A stretch of 64,000 nt of DNA from Octopus vulgaris (Eukaryota). The translations under genes were made by a program, and so were the position numbers. This document shows positions 41,955-52,604 of this stretch, in pieces. The notes under the pieces are model-generated. The model was not told the DNA's origin and ran no database searches. It saw only the letters and a program-made list of their open reading frames with translations. How positions within the stretch are numbered: the first letter of the stretch is position 1; every line of letters starts with the position of its first letter. The stretch lies in NCBI GenBank assembly GCA_951406725.2, contig OX597822.1, forward strand, positions 28,830,001-28,894,000. Direction: 5' to 3'.

Positions 41955-41970
41955 ATTTCTTCTATTGCAG
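41955..41970 (+). other. Putative splice acceptor of GPCR-2
   Basis: ATTTCTTCTATTGCAG|G, 218 nt before the ATG. Confidence 0.6.
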
Positions 41971-42188
41971 GTACAACTTCAAAAGCTAGTGCATATATAC
42001 ATATACAAAGTCAACATACCGTTGTTCTATGATCCGAATTTTGGTTACATTCAAACACTTAAAACTGACTTATTATGCCTTCAATGTATTGGAAGCATTT
42101 TCAATTTTGACCTATTCATCAACAAATAGATATCAAATATATCTCTTGAATTTCTTCAGTCTTGCTGCTTCAACATCTTCAGTTTCAA

Positions 42189-44126
42189 ATGGAAATCGTC
42201 TTCAATCATAACTTTTCTATTTTATTTTTTATCCTTGCATTTATGAATCACGTCGTTCTAACTTCAAACTCTAACTTAAAATGTTTCAATACTACGGATT
42301 GTGAATTTTGCTCATTTGCAAAGCAATGTCATATGTACAACAGATGCTGTTGTAATGAAGATCAACGGAAAACTGTTGAGTCCGAATATTTCGATCCATC
42401 AATATATTATAGTTGCAGCCTTGTTCAGGACAAAACATATTATATCTTTGACCGCTGTCCATCAAATCACAGTGATATAAGTCATGTGACCAGATGTGAA
42501 TATCCTAAAAACAATGATAGTCCAGACAATATTCCTGTGTTCGGTGAAACAAGTAAAAGACTCTATATGAACCGATATTGTGCTTTGTGTCACACAGAGA
42601 AATATATATTATGGGATATTGTTTATGACTGTGATAATACAGTAAATATAAATCGTGCCGATTTAATGAATATGATTGAAAATGGTAAATGTTCCAAACG
42701 CAAAGCTCCTCCGGATAATTTAAAACCTTATCTGATGCCTTGCATTTCCAGTGTTAGTAAATGCTCGCCTCAAATATTAAATGAAACATTGGAACATCAA
42801 TGTCCAACTTTAGAAAAGCCACGATGTACATCGTCTAATGATTATACCGATCGAAACATCTTATGTTGCAGTGTATCAACCAGTACATCATCGAGTCGAA
42901 AGGGATTTCCATTAACTATCATTTTTAATTATAATATCAAATATTTAACTATTAAAGAAAAAATAGACGGAACTGAAATTGAAACGAAATTGCCATTTTG
43001 TCCAAAATACACCAATTACGATAAAAACACAATGCGTTGTCGCAAGAATTTTTATCACCCCATCTTAAATTGTACAGCGACCAGATTGAAGGACTCTGAA
43101 TATCATATCACTAGTGATGGTCTTCTCTATTTAAATATTACCCAACTTTGGCTCAATCAATCAGAATTCAGTATTGATGAAGATGGTTTAAGTATCTGTG
43201 TAAAGAATGATAACGATGAAATATCAAAATATTCCGAAATTGAAACCTATATCACATTAGTGGGACTAGCAATCTCTGTCCCAGCTCTGGCAATCACTAT
43301 TATAGTCTATCTCTGTATACCTGATCTCCGTACCTTACCAGGTAAACTACTCATTAGTCTTTCATCGGCACTGTTTGTAGCTGAGCTTCTGTTTCTTATC
43401 TCATCACAAGTCACTACATCCACAGTGCTGTGTAAATCTTCAGCTGTTGTAATGCATTATGCGTTTTTAGCGACATTCTTCTGGACGAATGTCATGTCAT
43501 TTGATGCCTGGAACACTTTCTCAAGGCTTACACAACTTCGGAGTTCAGAAAATGATACCAAGAAACTTGTATTATATTCCTTATATGCTTGGATCTGTCC
43601 ACTTCTAATAGTAACAGTGTCACTGATATTTGAGTACACACCTGGAAATCGTGGATTTTCTCCAGAATATGGAATTGGTATTTGCTGGATTACAAACGTG
43701 AACAGTTTATTGTGGTTCTTAGCAATCCCTGTTATCATTATTTTATGTTTGAATATTATAGCGTACAGTATCACTATCAGAGAGTTGTATTTGGTCAGCA
43801 AACTTTCTTCAAAATATTTATCAAAACGAAACAAGAAGGTGTTCTTCATTTACATAAAATTAAGCTTCATCATGGGTTTAACATGGATGCTCGGATTCCT
43901 TTATACGTTTACGAAGATTGACGAATTTTCTCTACTATTTTGCATCTTAAACTCTTTCGTTGGTTTACTCATTTCTTTGTCATTTCTCTTAACAAAGATC
44001 GTCTGCCGCAGTTTTCAACATATGTTTATTAAAATACGAAAATATGTCGATTTCTCAAACGCCGATGTTTCGACGATTACTGAAACAATGTCGACCTACA
44101 CCGAACATGATACATCACTAAAATAA
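42189..44126 (+). CDS. Methuselah-like class B GPCR 2, 645 aa from the first ATG
   Basis: The ORF track starts at a TTG (42162); the first ATG is 42189 (MEIVFNHNFSILFFILAF, signal-like). Cys-rich ectodomain with LYMNRYCALC; 7TM as in GPCR-1. Confidence 0.92.
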   Translation: MEIVFNHNFSILFFILAFMNHVVLTSNSNLKCFNTTDCEFCSFAKQCHMYNRCCCNEDQRKTVESEYFDPSIYYSCSLVQDKTYYIFDRCPSNHSDISHVTRCEYPKNNDSPDNIPVFGETSKRLYMNRYCALCHTEKYILWDIVYDCDNTVNINRADLMNMIENGKCSKRKAPPDNLKPYLMPCISSVSKCSPQILNETLEHQCPTLEKPRCTSSNDYTDRNILCCSVSTSTSSSRKGFPLTIIFNYNIKYLTIKEKIDGTEIETKLPFCPKYTNYDKNTMRCRKNFYHPILNCTATRLKDSEYHITSDGLLYLNITQLWLNQSEFSIDEDGLSICVKNDNDEISKYSEIETYITLVGLAISVPALAITIIVYLCIPDLRTLPGKLLISLSSALFVAELLFLISSQVTTSTVLCKSSAVVMHYAFLATFFWTNVMSFDAWNTFSRLTQLRSSENDTKKLVLYSLYAWICPLLIVTVSLIFEYTPGNRGFSPEYGIGICWITNVNSLLWFLAIPVIIILCLNIIAYSITIRELYLVSKLSSKYLSKRNKKVFFIYIKLSFIMGLTWMLGFLYTFTKIDEFSLLFCILNSFVGLLISLSFLLTKIVCRSFQHMFIKIRKYVDFSNADVSTITETMSTYTEHDTSLK

Positions 44127-44299
44127 TAGAAATTTCTCCGGAAATTTTCTAGACAACAGATATTCTACCACAGTACACAACCTTTAGTAACGCTGCATTC
44201 TATAAACTACACTGTAAGGCCTGTAACATCACAACACATGCTGCATTTTGTATCAGACTACTTTACTTTTATGATAATGATATAAACGTTAAGAATTAT

Positions 44300-44305
44300 A
44301 ATAAA
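44300..44305 (+). terminator. AATAAA polyadenylation signal of GPCR-2 (conserved at 46888-46893 and 52774-52779)
   Basis: Same relative position, about 170-185 nt after the stop, in three homologous 3' UTRs. Confidence 0.6.
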
Positions 44306-44521
44306 ATGCAGATTGTGAGGGCGTCACAGATATCCTTCAACAGGCTTTCATATTAGAAACTGAAAAACAGTTGCATCAATCTCAGCTTCTCATCTACTCC
44401 AGCGGGCATTTTGTGATTATATTTATTGTCAACGAGCTTTTAACCGTAAAGAAATAATATTATCAAATTGTCGTGAGCATTTCCTTGCATCGTTTCATTA
44501 TTGAATACTATTAGTAAATAT

Positions 44522-44541
44522 CTTTATTTCTTCTTTTCCAG
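44522..44541 (+). other. Putative splice acceptor of GPCR-3 (identical one ending at 50432 for GPCR-4)
   Basis: CTTTATTTCTTCTTTTCCAG|G. Confidence 0.62.
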
Positions 44542-44715
44542 GTATTACTACGAAAACTCTATAACCCAAAACAACTTACCTTTAAGCTATAGCTCATTCT
44601 TGTTTGCTTATATTCAAAGACATAAATACATTGGAAGCATTTTCGATTTTGATCTATTCAAATTACTCCATTGTAGTAAAATTCATCAACAAATTGATAT
44701 CAGTATAAATCCTGG

Positions 44716-46704
44716 ATGTCTTCAAGATTGCTGATTCAACATTTTCAGTTCCGAATGGAAATCATCTTAAAATATTACTTTTCTACTTTATTTCTTATCA
44801 CTATATTTATGAATAATATCATTCCAACATCAAATTCTGTCCTAAATTGTTTACGTACGACGGATTGTGAATTTTGCTCTCTTGCACAACACTGTCATAT
44901 ATATAATAGATGCTGCTGTAATGAAGATCAACAGAAAACTGTTGAGTCCGAATATTTCGATCCATCAATATATTATAGTTGCAGCCTTGTTCAGAACAAA
45001 ACATATTATATCTTTGATCACTGTCCATCAAATCACAGTGATATAAGTCATGTGAACGGATGTGAATATCCTACAAACAACGATAGCCCGGACAATATGC
45101 CTGTGTTCGGTGAAACAAGTAAAAGACTCTACAGGAACCGATATTGTGCTCTGTGCCACTCGGAAAAATATATATTATGGGAGATAGTTTATGACTGCGA
45201 TAATACAGCAAATAAAAACCCTGCCAATATAATGAATATTATTGAAAATGGTAAATGTCCCAAACGGAACGCTCCACCTGATAATTTAGAACCTTATCTA
45301 GTCCCTTGCATACCCAGTGTTACTAAATGCTCGCTGCATATATTAAATAAATCATTAGGACATCACTGTCAGCTTTCTAAATATACACATAATATTACAG
45401 AGATAAAGTGTACATTGTCAATGAAATATATTAAACTCAACATCAAATGTTGCAATAATTCTTTGAGTTCTGCTAAACTACGGTCTTCGTTAACTATCAT
45501 TTTTAATTATAATGCCAAATATTTAATCATTAAAGAAGTGAAAGACGGTACTGTAATTGAAACGAAATTGCCATTCTGTCCAAAATACACCAATTACGAT
45601 AAAAACACAATGCGTTGTCGCAAGAATTTTTATCACCCCATCTTAAATTGTACAGCGACCAGATTGAAGGACTCTGAATATCATATCACTAGTGATGGTC
45701 TTCTCTATTTAAATATTACCCAACTTTGGCTCAATCAATCAGAATTCAGTATTGATGAAGATGGTTTAAGTATCTGTGTAAAGAATGATAACAATGGAAT
45801 ATCAAAATATTCCGAAATTGAGATCTATATCACATTAGTGGGACTAGCAATCTCTGTCCCAGCTCTAGCAATCACTATTATAGTCTATCTCTGTATACCT
45901 GATCTCCGTACCTTACCAGGTAAACTACTCATTAGTCTTTTATCAGCACTGTTTGTAGCTGAGCTTCTCTTTCTTATCTCATCACAAATTACTACATCTA
46001 CAGTGCTGTGTAAATCTTTAGCTGTTGTAATGCATTATGCATTTTTAGCGACTTTCTTCTGGACGAATGTCATGTCATTTGATGCCTGGAACACTTTCTC
46101 AAGGCTTACACAACTTCGGAGTTCAGAAAATGATACCAAGAAACTTGTATTATATTCCTTATATGCTTGGGTCTGTCCACTTCTAATAGTAACAGTGTCA
46201 CTGATATTCGAGTACACCCCTGGAAATCATGGACTTTCTCCAGAATATGGAATTGGTATTTGCTGGATTACAAACGTGAACAGTTTGCTTTGGTTCTTGG
46301 CAATCCCCGTTATCATTATTTTATGCATTAATATTATAGCGTACAGCTTTACTATTAGAGAGTTGTACCTGACCAGCAAATGTTCTTCAAAATATTTATC
46401 AAAACGAAACAAAAAAGTGTTCTTTATTTACGTAAAATTAAGCTTCATCATGGGTTTAACATGGATGCTCGGATTCCTTTATACGTTTACGAAGATTGAC
46501 GAATTTTCTCTACTATTTTGCATTTTAAACTCTTTTGTCGGTTTACTCATTTCTTTGTCATTTCTCTTAACAAAGATCGTCTGCCGAACTTTTCAACGTA
46601 TGTCTCTTGAAATACGAAAATATGTCGATTTCTCAAACTCTGATATTTCAATGATTCCTAAAACAATCTCGACAAATAACCTACATGAAACATCACTACA
46701 ATAA
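44716..46704 (+). CDS. Methuselah-like class B GPCR 3, 662 aa (alternative start 44755, MEIILK)
   Basis: Intact ORF paralogous to GPCR-2 and GPCR-4, with the same ectodomain Cys pattern and 7TM motifs. Confidence 0.92.
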   Translation: MSSRLLIQHFQFRMEIILKYYFSTLFLITIFMNNIIPTSNSVLNCLRTTDCEFCSLAQHCHIYNRCCCNEDQQKTVESEYFDPSIYYSCSLVQNKTYYIFDHCPSNHSDISHVNGCEYPTNNDSPDNMPVFGETSKRLYRNRYCALCHSEKYILWEIVYDCDNTANKNPANIMNIIENGKCPKRNAPPDNLEPYLVPCIPSVTKCSLHILNKSLGHHCQLSKYTHNITEIKCTLSMKYIKLNIKCCNNSLSSAKLRSSLTIIFNYNAKYLIIKEVKDGTVIETKLPFCPKYTNYDKNTMRCRKNFYHPILNCTATRLKDSEYHITSDGLLYLNITQLWLNQSEFSIDEDGLSICVKNDNNGISKYSEIEIYITLVGLAISVPALAITIIVYLCIPDLRTLPGKLLISLLSALFVAELLFLISSQITTSTVLCKSLAVVMHYAFLATFFWTNVMSFDAWNTFSRLTQLRSSENDTKKLVLYSLYAWVCPLLIVTVSLIFEYTPGNHGLSPEYGIGICWITNVNSLLWFLAIPVIIILCINIIAYSFTIRELYLTSKCSSKYLSKRNKKVFFIYVKLSFIMGLTWMLGFLYTFTKIDEFSLLFCILNSFVGLLISLSFLLTKIVCRTFQRMSLEIRKYVDFSNSDISMIPKTISTNNLHETSLQ

Positions 46705-47829
46705 TTGATATTTCTCCGGAAATATTCTAAACAACATACATTCTACCACAATATATAACCTGTAGTACCGCTGCATTCTTTAAACTATATTGTAAAAGAC
46801 TCTAACGTTGCACCACTTGCTGCATTGTATATCACACTTCTTTACGTTTATAATGAGACAATGATATGCATAAACGTTAAGATTTATAATAAAGTAAAAA
46901 CTGTGATGACGTTACTCATAGCCTTCAACGGGCTTTCATATTAGAAATTCAAACAGTGTTTCCTCTGGCTACACAATTTGACCAATCTCAGTTTCTCACC
47001 TTCTCCGGCGGTACTTTTTACGATTATATCTAGGATCAATGGTTTTTAAACCGACTTAAGTATTTTGATTTTCTCTCAAGGACTAATAAATATTTCCACA
47101 ACTGGATAATACTAAATTCCTATAACTTTTCGGATGCTTTTCTCTCACTCTCACCATACATCTCAATCGGAATAGAATTCACCAATTTCCCTAACAGATT
47201 CATTCTCAAACCGTGGTCTGTCGTCATGAAACCATTCTCTTCACATCACATGAAATACATATAGGAAGAAACAATGAGACTGGAAGTCGTCTGCATCGGC
47301 AAGACTTTTGTTATCTAGAGAAAGTGACAGAACGAGTAGAGTGAATTTGCCGTACCTAATGGAATATCCAACATTTTTGCAAGAATCTTTCTCGAGGTAA
47401 ATTTGAAAGGAAATAAATGAAGGCTGCGAAGTTGTTCCTCTATGTCTGAGAGGGTTGGTTTCCATGTCTTTGTTCCGGGCATAAGTTGTTTTAGTTGCTC
47501 TTGTATTATGTTTAACTATTTTGATTTCAAACTACATATTTACAAAACATATTTCAAGCATTCACATTAAATACTTGTTCTCTCTGAAACATTCTGTGAG
47601 CAATACATTTTCCCTTCTCTCACAGACGCTATAGAAATCGAAATTTGATACACATGGAAATGTTATTCTGTTCCCAAAGTTTCTTGTGTTGCAGATTGTA
47701 GCTTTTCAGATATGTACCCCAAGATCGTGTTACTTGTAATAAATATATAGAGGAACAGTATATATATATGACATGAATGTTCACATCACGTCTTATATTA
47801 TATAACTAGTTGTATTTATTTAGATGATA

Positions 47830-48957
47830 TCTGATATATATAAATCACAGCATATGTGTGTATAATGACTAACGCATACATTTCCACAATTCTCAACCGA
47901 TTTTCACCAAACTTTACACACACGTTGCTTATGTCACAAGGATGGTCATGCACTAAACATTTTTCCCGGAGCTTCCGCGTAAATAGACCTAAATGGACAT
48001 AGTTTTTGTATGTAGGATCTTCCATACATTTTAATCTTTTTATGAAGTGAAAGGATTTTGTCTATTTATTTCGACTGTACTCCTGCCACGTTGATTAAAT
48101 TGACTAGGAATACTGTAGCGATGAATATCCAATATCAAGCAATCTTAATCTCCATAGTTAAACTGCATTAAACTTTGGCAGGCTTACTTTTACTTATTCT
48201 GAGTTACTTGAAAGATGATGTCTCCTTCCCTCCCTTCTATTTGTTGAGACCTTTGTTTACCTACCAATGCGTTGTTTCACTTTAAGGGTGCCTATTTGCC
48301 CATCCATTATGATATTTCGACTATTGTCCGTTGTTTCAAATATGCTTTAGCATTGTCATTTTAGCCTCTTTTAAACAATTACTTATGATTCGTCCCCAAA
48401 TAATCAACCTTTAAATAAGAGTTTTGCTTACACTAGCGAAAGCTATACGTATCTTTCAGAAAAATCCGTACCAATTTAACTCTATACAGCATTCGCTGTT
48501 ATATTATGCGCATGCTATACGGGAAAACAGAATAAAGGGGCTTTTGTCAACTTATCTCTCCGAAAAAATAGCTACTTTGCTGTTGAAAAAAGTAAATTCG
48601 CAGAGGGGAAGTTTCACCGTTTTCTTTCAATTCCCTTACACCATTTATGTGGCTGTTTATGACAACAAATTTCGCTTTCGTGTAAAACAACTATATTTGG
48701 TTGTCAATATTCGTAATCTACTCCCATAACACTTCAGTAGCTCTGCTTTGCATAGCTCTCAAACTTTCATGTTCTATGATCATTAAAGTGCAACGACCTC
48801 CACAATAACCAGACTGCAATTCGATTTTCCGTTCCTAGGTTAATCGGAAACATAGATTGCCGTACTACTCATAAACATTCTCGCTAGTTCAATTATCTAA
48901 TGAAAAAAATACCACCATAGCAGCTTAAACCATCCAAGGGACGGGTGTGTTTGCTAG
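47830..48957 (+). mobile_element. Non-autonomous Helitron, 1128 bp
   Basis: A|TCTGATATATATAAA...GGGACGGGTGTGTTTGCTAG|T. The paralogous spacer shows the empty site ATGATA|TATGTT at 49899/49900 with no target-site duplication. Confidence 0.8.
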
Positions 48958-49249
48958 TATGTTATATTATTCCATTTTCGTGCCTTCTTTCAAGGCACCA
49001 CTAGTTACAATAAATGGCTTGTTATATTTTGTTTACTGGTGACATTGAAAGATGCATCACATTACCTATCTGATTATACGTGAATAGTAACATTTAATGT
49101 CCTGTTATAATAAAACTTTCTAAAGCATGACATATATCCCACTATGAGTGCTATGAGTGTGTGTGGGTAGCTGCAGGTGTCTCTGTTTGTATCTGTTCCA
49201 ACACAGTTTCATAATTGCTGTTGGTTGGTTTTCGTCCAGTAAGTGGGCC

Positions 49250-49389
49250 TGTTTTTAGCTGAGCTTCTCTTTCTTATTTCATCGCAAGTCACTACATCCA
49301 CAGTGCTGTGTAAATCTTTAGCTATTATGATGCATTATTCGTTCTTAGCTACTTTCTTCTGAATGAATGTCATGTCACTTAATGCCTGG
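49250..49389 (+). pseudogene. Collapsed GPCR paralogue (TM2-TM3 remnant with stop) fused to its 3' UTR
   Basis: FLAELLFLISSQVTTSTVLCKSLAIMMHYSFLATFF*MNVMSLNAW, followed by GGCTTTCATATTAG...CTCATCTACTCCAGCGGG, homologous to 44343-44406. Confidence 0.88.
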
Positions 49390-50606
49390 CTTTCATATTA
49401 GGAATTGAAACACAGTTCCCTCAATCTCAGTTTCTCATCTACTCCAGCGGGCCTTTTCTACATATATCTTTTGTCAACGATTTTTAAAAGGAAATAAAAG
49501 AAGGCAACGGAGATGTTCCTCTGTGTCTGAGAGGGATTCTGTGTCTTTGTTCGAGACATTAATAGTTTCAAGTGATCTTGTATTATATTTAACTACGATG
49601 TTTTCAAACTACATATTTACAAAACAAATTTCAGACGTTCGCATTAATCATTTCTTCTCTCTGAAACATTTCGTGTAGAGGCGGTGAACAATACATTTTC
49701 ATTTATTACACAAAAACTGTAGAAAACGAATTTGGTTCTCATGGAAATTTGTTCTGTGCCCTCTGTGTTTTGTGCTGTTTTCCAAATATGACACTCAAGG
49801 TTGCTTTATTTGAAATATATAGAGAAACAGTGCGTATATCACATGACTGCTCACATCACATCATATATTATATAACTGGTTATAACTACTTAAATGATAT
49901 ATGTTGTATTATTCAATTTAACTGCCTTCTTTCAATACACCACTAGATACGATAAATGGCTTGTTATATTTTGTGTACTGGTGAAATTGCACGATGCGTC
50001 ACATTACAAATCTGATTATATTACGTCAATAGTAACATTTCTTCTCTTATAAGAAAATTTTCTCAAGCACACTATGTCTCAGTATGGGTGTTTGGGTGGC
50101 TGCAGGTGCCCGTGTTTCTTTTGTCCCAACACAGTTTCACATTTGCTGTTAGTTTCTTTTCGTCCTCGCGACTTAGAGTTTCATCAGTAAGATGCCGATA
50201 GGAAAAGTACCAAATATAGAAACATTACTGTGATCAATTTGTTCCATTAAACCTTTCAGGGCCGTGTCCCAGTAGAGTTGCACTCTGATGGCTGAAACAA
50301 ATAAAAGTATTACAAAATAATAAGAGTTCAAAATGTAAAGAAATAATATTATCAAATTGTCATAAGCATTTCCTTGCATCGTTTCATTATATTGAATACT
50401 ATTAGTAAATATCTTTATTTCTTCTTTTCCAGGTATTACTACGAAAACTCTATAACCCAAAACAACTTACCTTTAAGCTATAGCTCATTCTTGTTTGCTT
50501 ATATTCAAAGACATAAATACATTGGAAGCATTTTCGATTTTGATCTATTCAAATTACTCCATTGTAGTAAAATTCATCAACAAATTGATATCAGTATAAA
50601 TCCTGG

Positions 50607-52604
50607 ATGTCTTCAAGATTGCTGATTCAACATTTTCAGTTCCGAATGGAAATCATCTTAAAATATTACTTTTCTACTTTATTTCTTATCACTATATTTA
50701 TGAATAATATCATTCCAACATCAAATTCTGTCCTAAATTGTTTACGTACGACGGATTGTGAATTTTGCTCTCTTGCACAACACTGTCATATATATAATAG
50801 ATGCTGCTGTAATGAAGATCAACAGAAAACTGTTGAGTCCGAATATTTCGATCCATCAATATATTATAGTTGCAGCCTTGTTCAGGACAAAACATATTAT
50901 ATCTTTGATCACTGTCCATCAAATCACAGTGATATAAGTCATGTGAACGGATGTGAATATCCTACAAACAACAATAGCCCGGACAATATGCCTGTGTTCG
51001 GTGAAACAAGTAAAAGACTCTACAGGAACCGATATTGTGCTCTGTGCCACTCGGAAAAATATATATTATGGGAGATAGTTTATGACTGCGATAATACAGT
51101 AAATAAAAACCCTGCCAATATAATGAATATTATTGAAAATGGTAAATGTCCCAAGCAGAACGCTCCTCCTGATAATTTAAAGCCGTATCTGGTTCCTTGC
51201 ATTCCAAGTGTTCGTAAATGCTCGCCTCTTATATTAAATGAAACATTGGAACATCACTGTCAAAATTTAGCAAGTAAGAACCTTAGAGGAAAGGCCCAAT
51301 GTACATTAGATAATATCTATACTGATCAAGGCATTATATGTTGCAATAATACTAACAACAATGATTTTGGTTTTACAAGCTTACCTTCCTTAACTATCAT
51401 TTTTAATTATAATGCCAAATATTTAATCATTAAAGAAGTGAAAGACGGTACTGTAATTGAAACGAAATTGCCATTCTGTCCAAAATATACCAATTACGAT
51501 AAAAACACAATGCGTTGTCGCAAGAATTTTTATCACCCCATCTTAAATTGTACAGCGACCAGATTGAAGGACTCTGAACATCATATCACTAGTGATGGTT
51601 TTCTCTATTTAAATATTACCCAACTTTGGCTCAATCAATCAGAATTCAGTATTGATGAAGATGGTTTAAGTATCTGTGTAAAGAATGATAACAATGGAAT
51701 ATCAAAATATTCCGAAATTGAGAGCTATATCACATTAGTAGGACTAGCAATCTCTGTCCCAGCTCTAGCAATCACTATTATAGTCTATCTCTGTATACCT
51801 GATCTCCGTACCTTACCAGGTAAATTGCTCATTAGTCTTTCATCAGCACTGTTTGTAGCTGAGCTTCTCTTTCTTATCTCATCACAAATTACTACATCTA
51901 CAGTGCTGTGTAAATCTTTAGCTGTTGTCATGCATTATGCATTTTTAGCGACTTTCTTCTGGATGAATGTCATGTCTTTTGATGCCTGGCACACTTTCTC
52001 AAGGCTTACACAATTCCGGAGATCAGAAAATGATACCAAGAAACTTGTATTATATTGCTTATATGCTTGGATCTGTCCACTTCTAATAGTTACAGTGTCA
52101 CTAATATTCGAGTACACACCTGGAAATCATGGACTTTCTCCAGAATATGGAATTGGTAATTGCTGGATTACAAATGTAAACAGTTTACTCTGGTTCATGG
52201 CAATCCCTGTTATCATTATATTATGCCTCAATATTATAGCGTATAGCATCACTATTAGAGAATTATATTTGGCCTGCAAACTTTCTTCAAAATATTTATC
52301 AAAACGAAACAAGAAGGTGTTCTTCATTTACATAAAATTAAGCTTCATCATGGGTTTAACGTGGATATTCGGATTCCTTTATACGTTTACGAAGATTGAC
52401 GAATTTTCTCTACTATTTTGCATCTTAAACTCTTTCGTCGGTTTACTCATTTCTTTGTCATTTCTCTTAACAAAGATCGTCTGCCGCAGTTTTCAACATA
52501 TGTTTCTTAAAATACGAAAATATATCGATTCCTCAAACGCTGATCTCTCGACGATTACTGAAACAATCTCGACCAATATTCAACATGAAACGTCACTAAA
52601 TTAA
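50607..52604 (+). CDS. Methuselah-like class B GPCR 4, 665 aa (alternative start 50646)
   Basis: Intact ORF; 5' flank and first approximately 185 aa are almost identical to GPCR-3. Confidence 0.92.
   Translation: MSSRLLIQHFQFRMEIILKYYFSTLFLITIFMNNIIPTSNSVLNCLRTTDCEFCSLAQHCHIYNRCCCNEDQQKTVESEYFDPSIYYSCSLVQDKTYYIFDHCPSNHSDISHVNGCEYPTNNNSPDNMPVFGETSKRLYRNRYCALCHSEKYILWEIVYDCDNTVNKNPANIMNIIENGKCPKQNAPPDNLKPYLVPCIPSVRKCSPLILNETLEHHCQNLASKNLRGKAQCTLDNIYTDQGIICCNNTNNNDFGFTSLPSLTIIFNYNAKYLIIKEVKDGTVIETKLPFCPKYTNYDKNTMRCRKNFYHPILNCTATRLKDSEHHITSDGFLYLNITQLWLNQSEFSIDEDGLSICVKNDNNGISKYSEIESYITLVGLAISVPALAITIIVYLCIPDLRTLPGKLLISLSSALFVAELLFLISSQITTSTVLCKSLAVVMHYAFLATFFWMNVMSFDAWHTFSRLTQFRRSENDTKKLVLYCLYAWICPLLIVTVSLIFEYTPGNHGLSPEYGIGNCWITNVNSLLWFMAIPVIIILCLNIIAYSITIRELYLACKLSSKYLSKRNKKVFFIYIKLSFIMGLTWIFGFLYTFTKIDEFSLLFCILNSFVGLLISLSFLLTKIVCRSFQHMFLKIRKYIDSSNADLSTITETISTNIQHETSLN

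Noticed and set aside
41955-50432. Spliced-leader trans-splicing as the explanation for the orphan acceptors
   Set aside because: Candidate cis donors exist in the window, and I know of no established SL system in cephalopods; it cannot be supported from this sequence.
43457-52327. Recurrent antisense ORFs (MYSNISDTVTI..., MKNTFLFRFDKY...)
   Set aside because: Shadows of the conserved sense-strand 7TM coding sequence.
44447-52604. GPCR-3 and GPCR-4 as an uncollapsed-haplotype artefact
   Set aside because: Their hypervariable patches, C-termini and 3' flanks are clearly diverged, and a pseudogene unit lies between them; long-read confirmation is still desirable.
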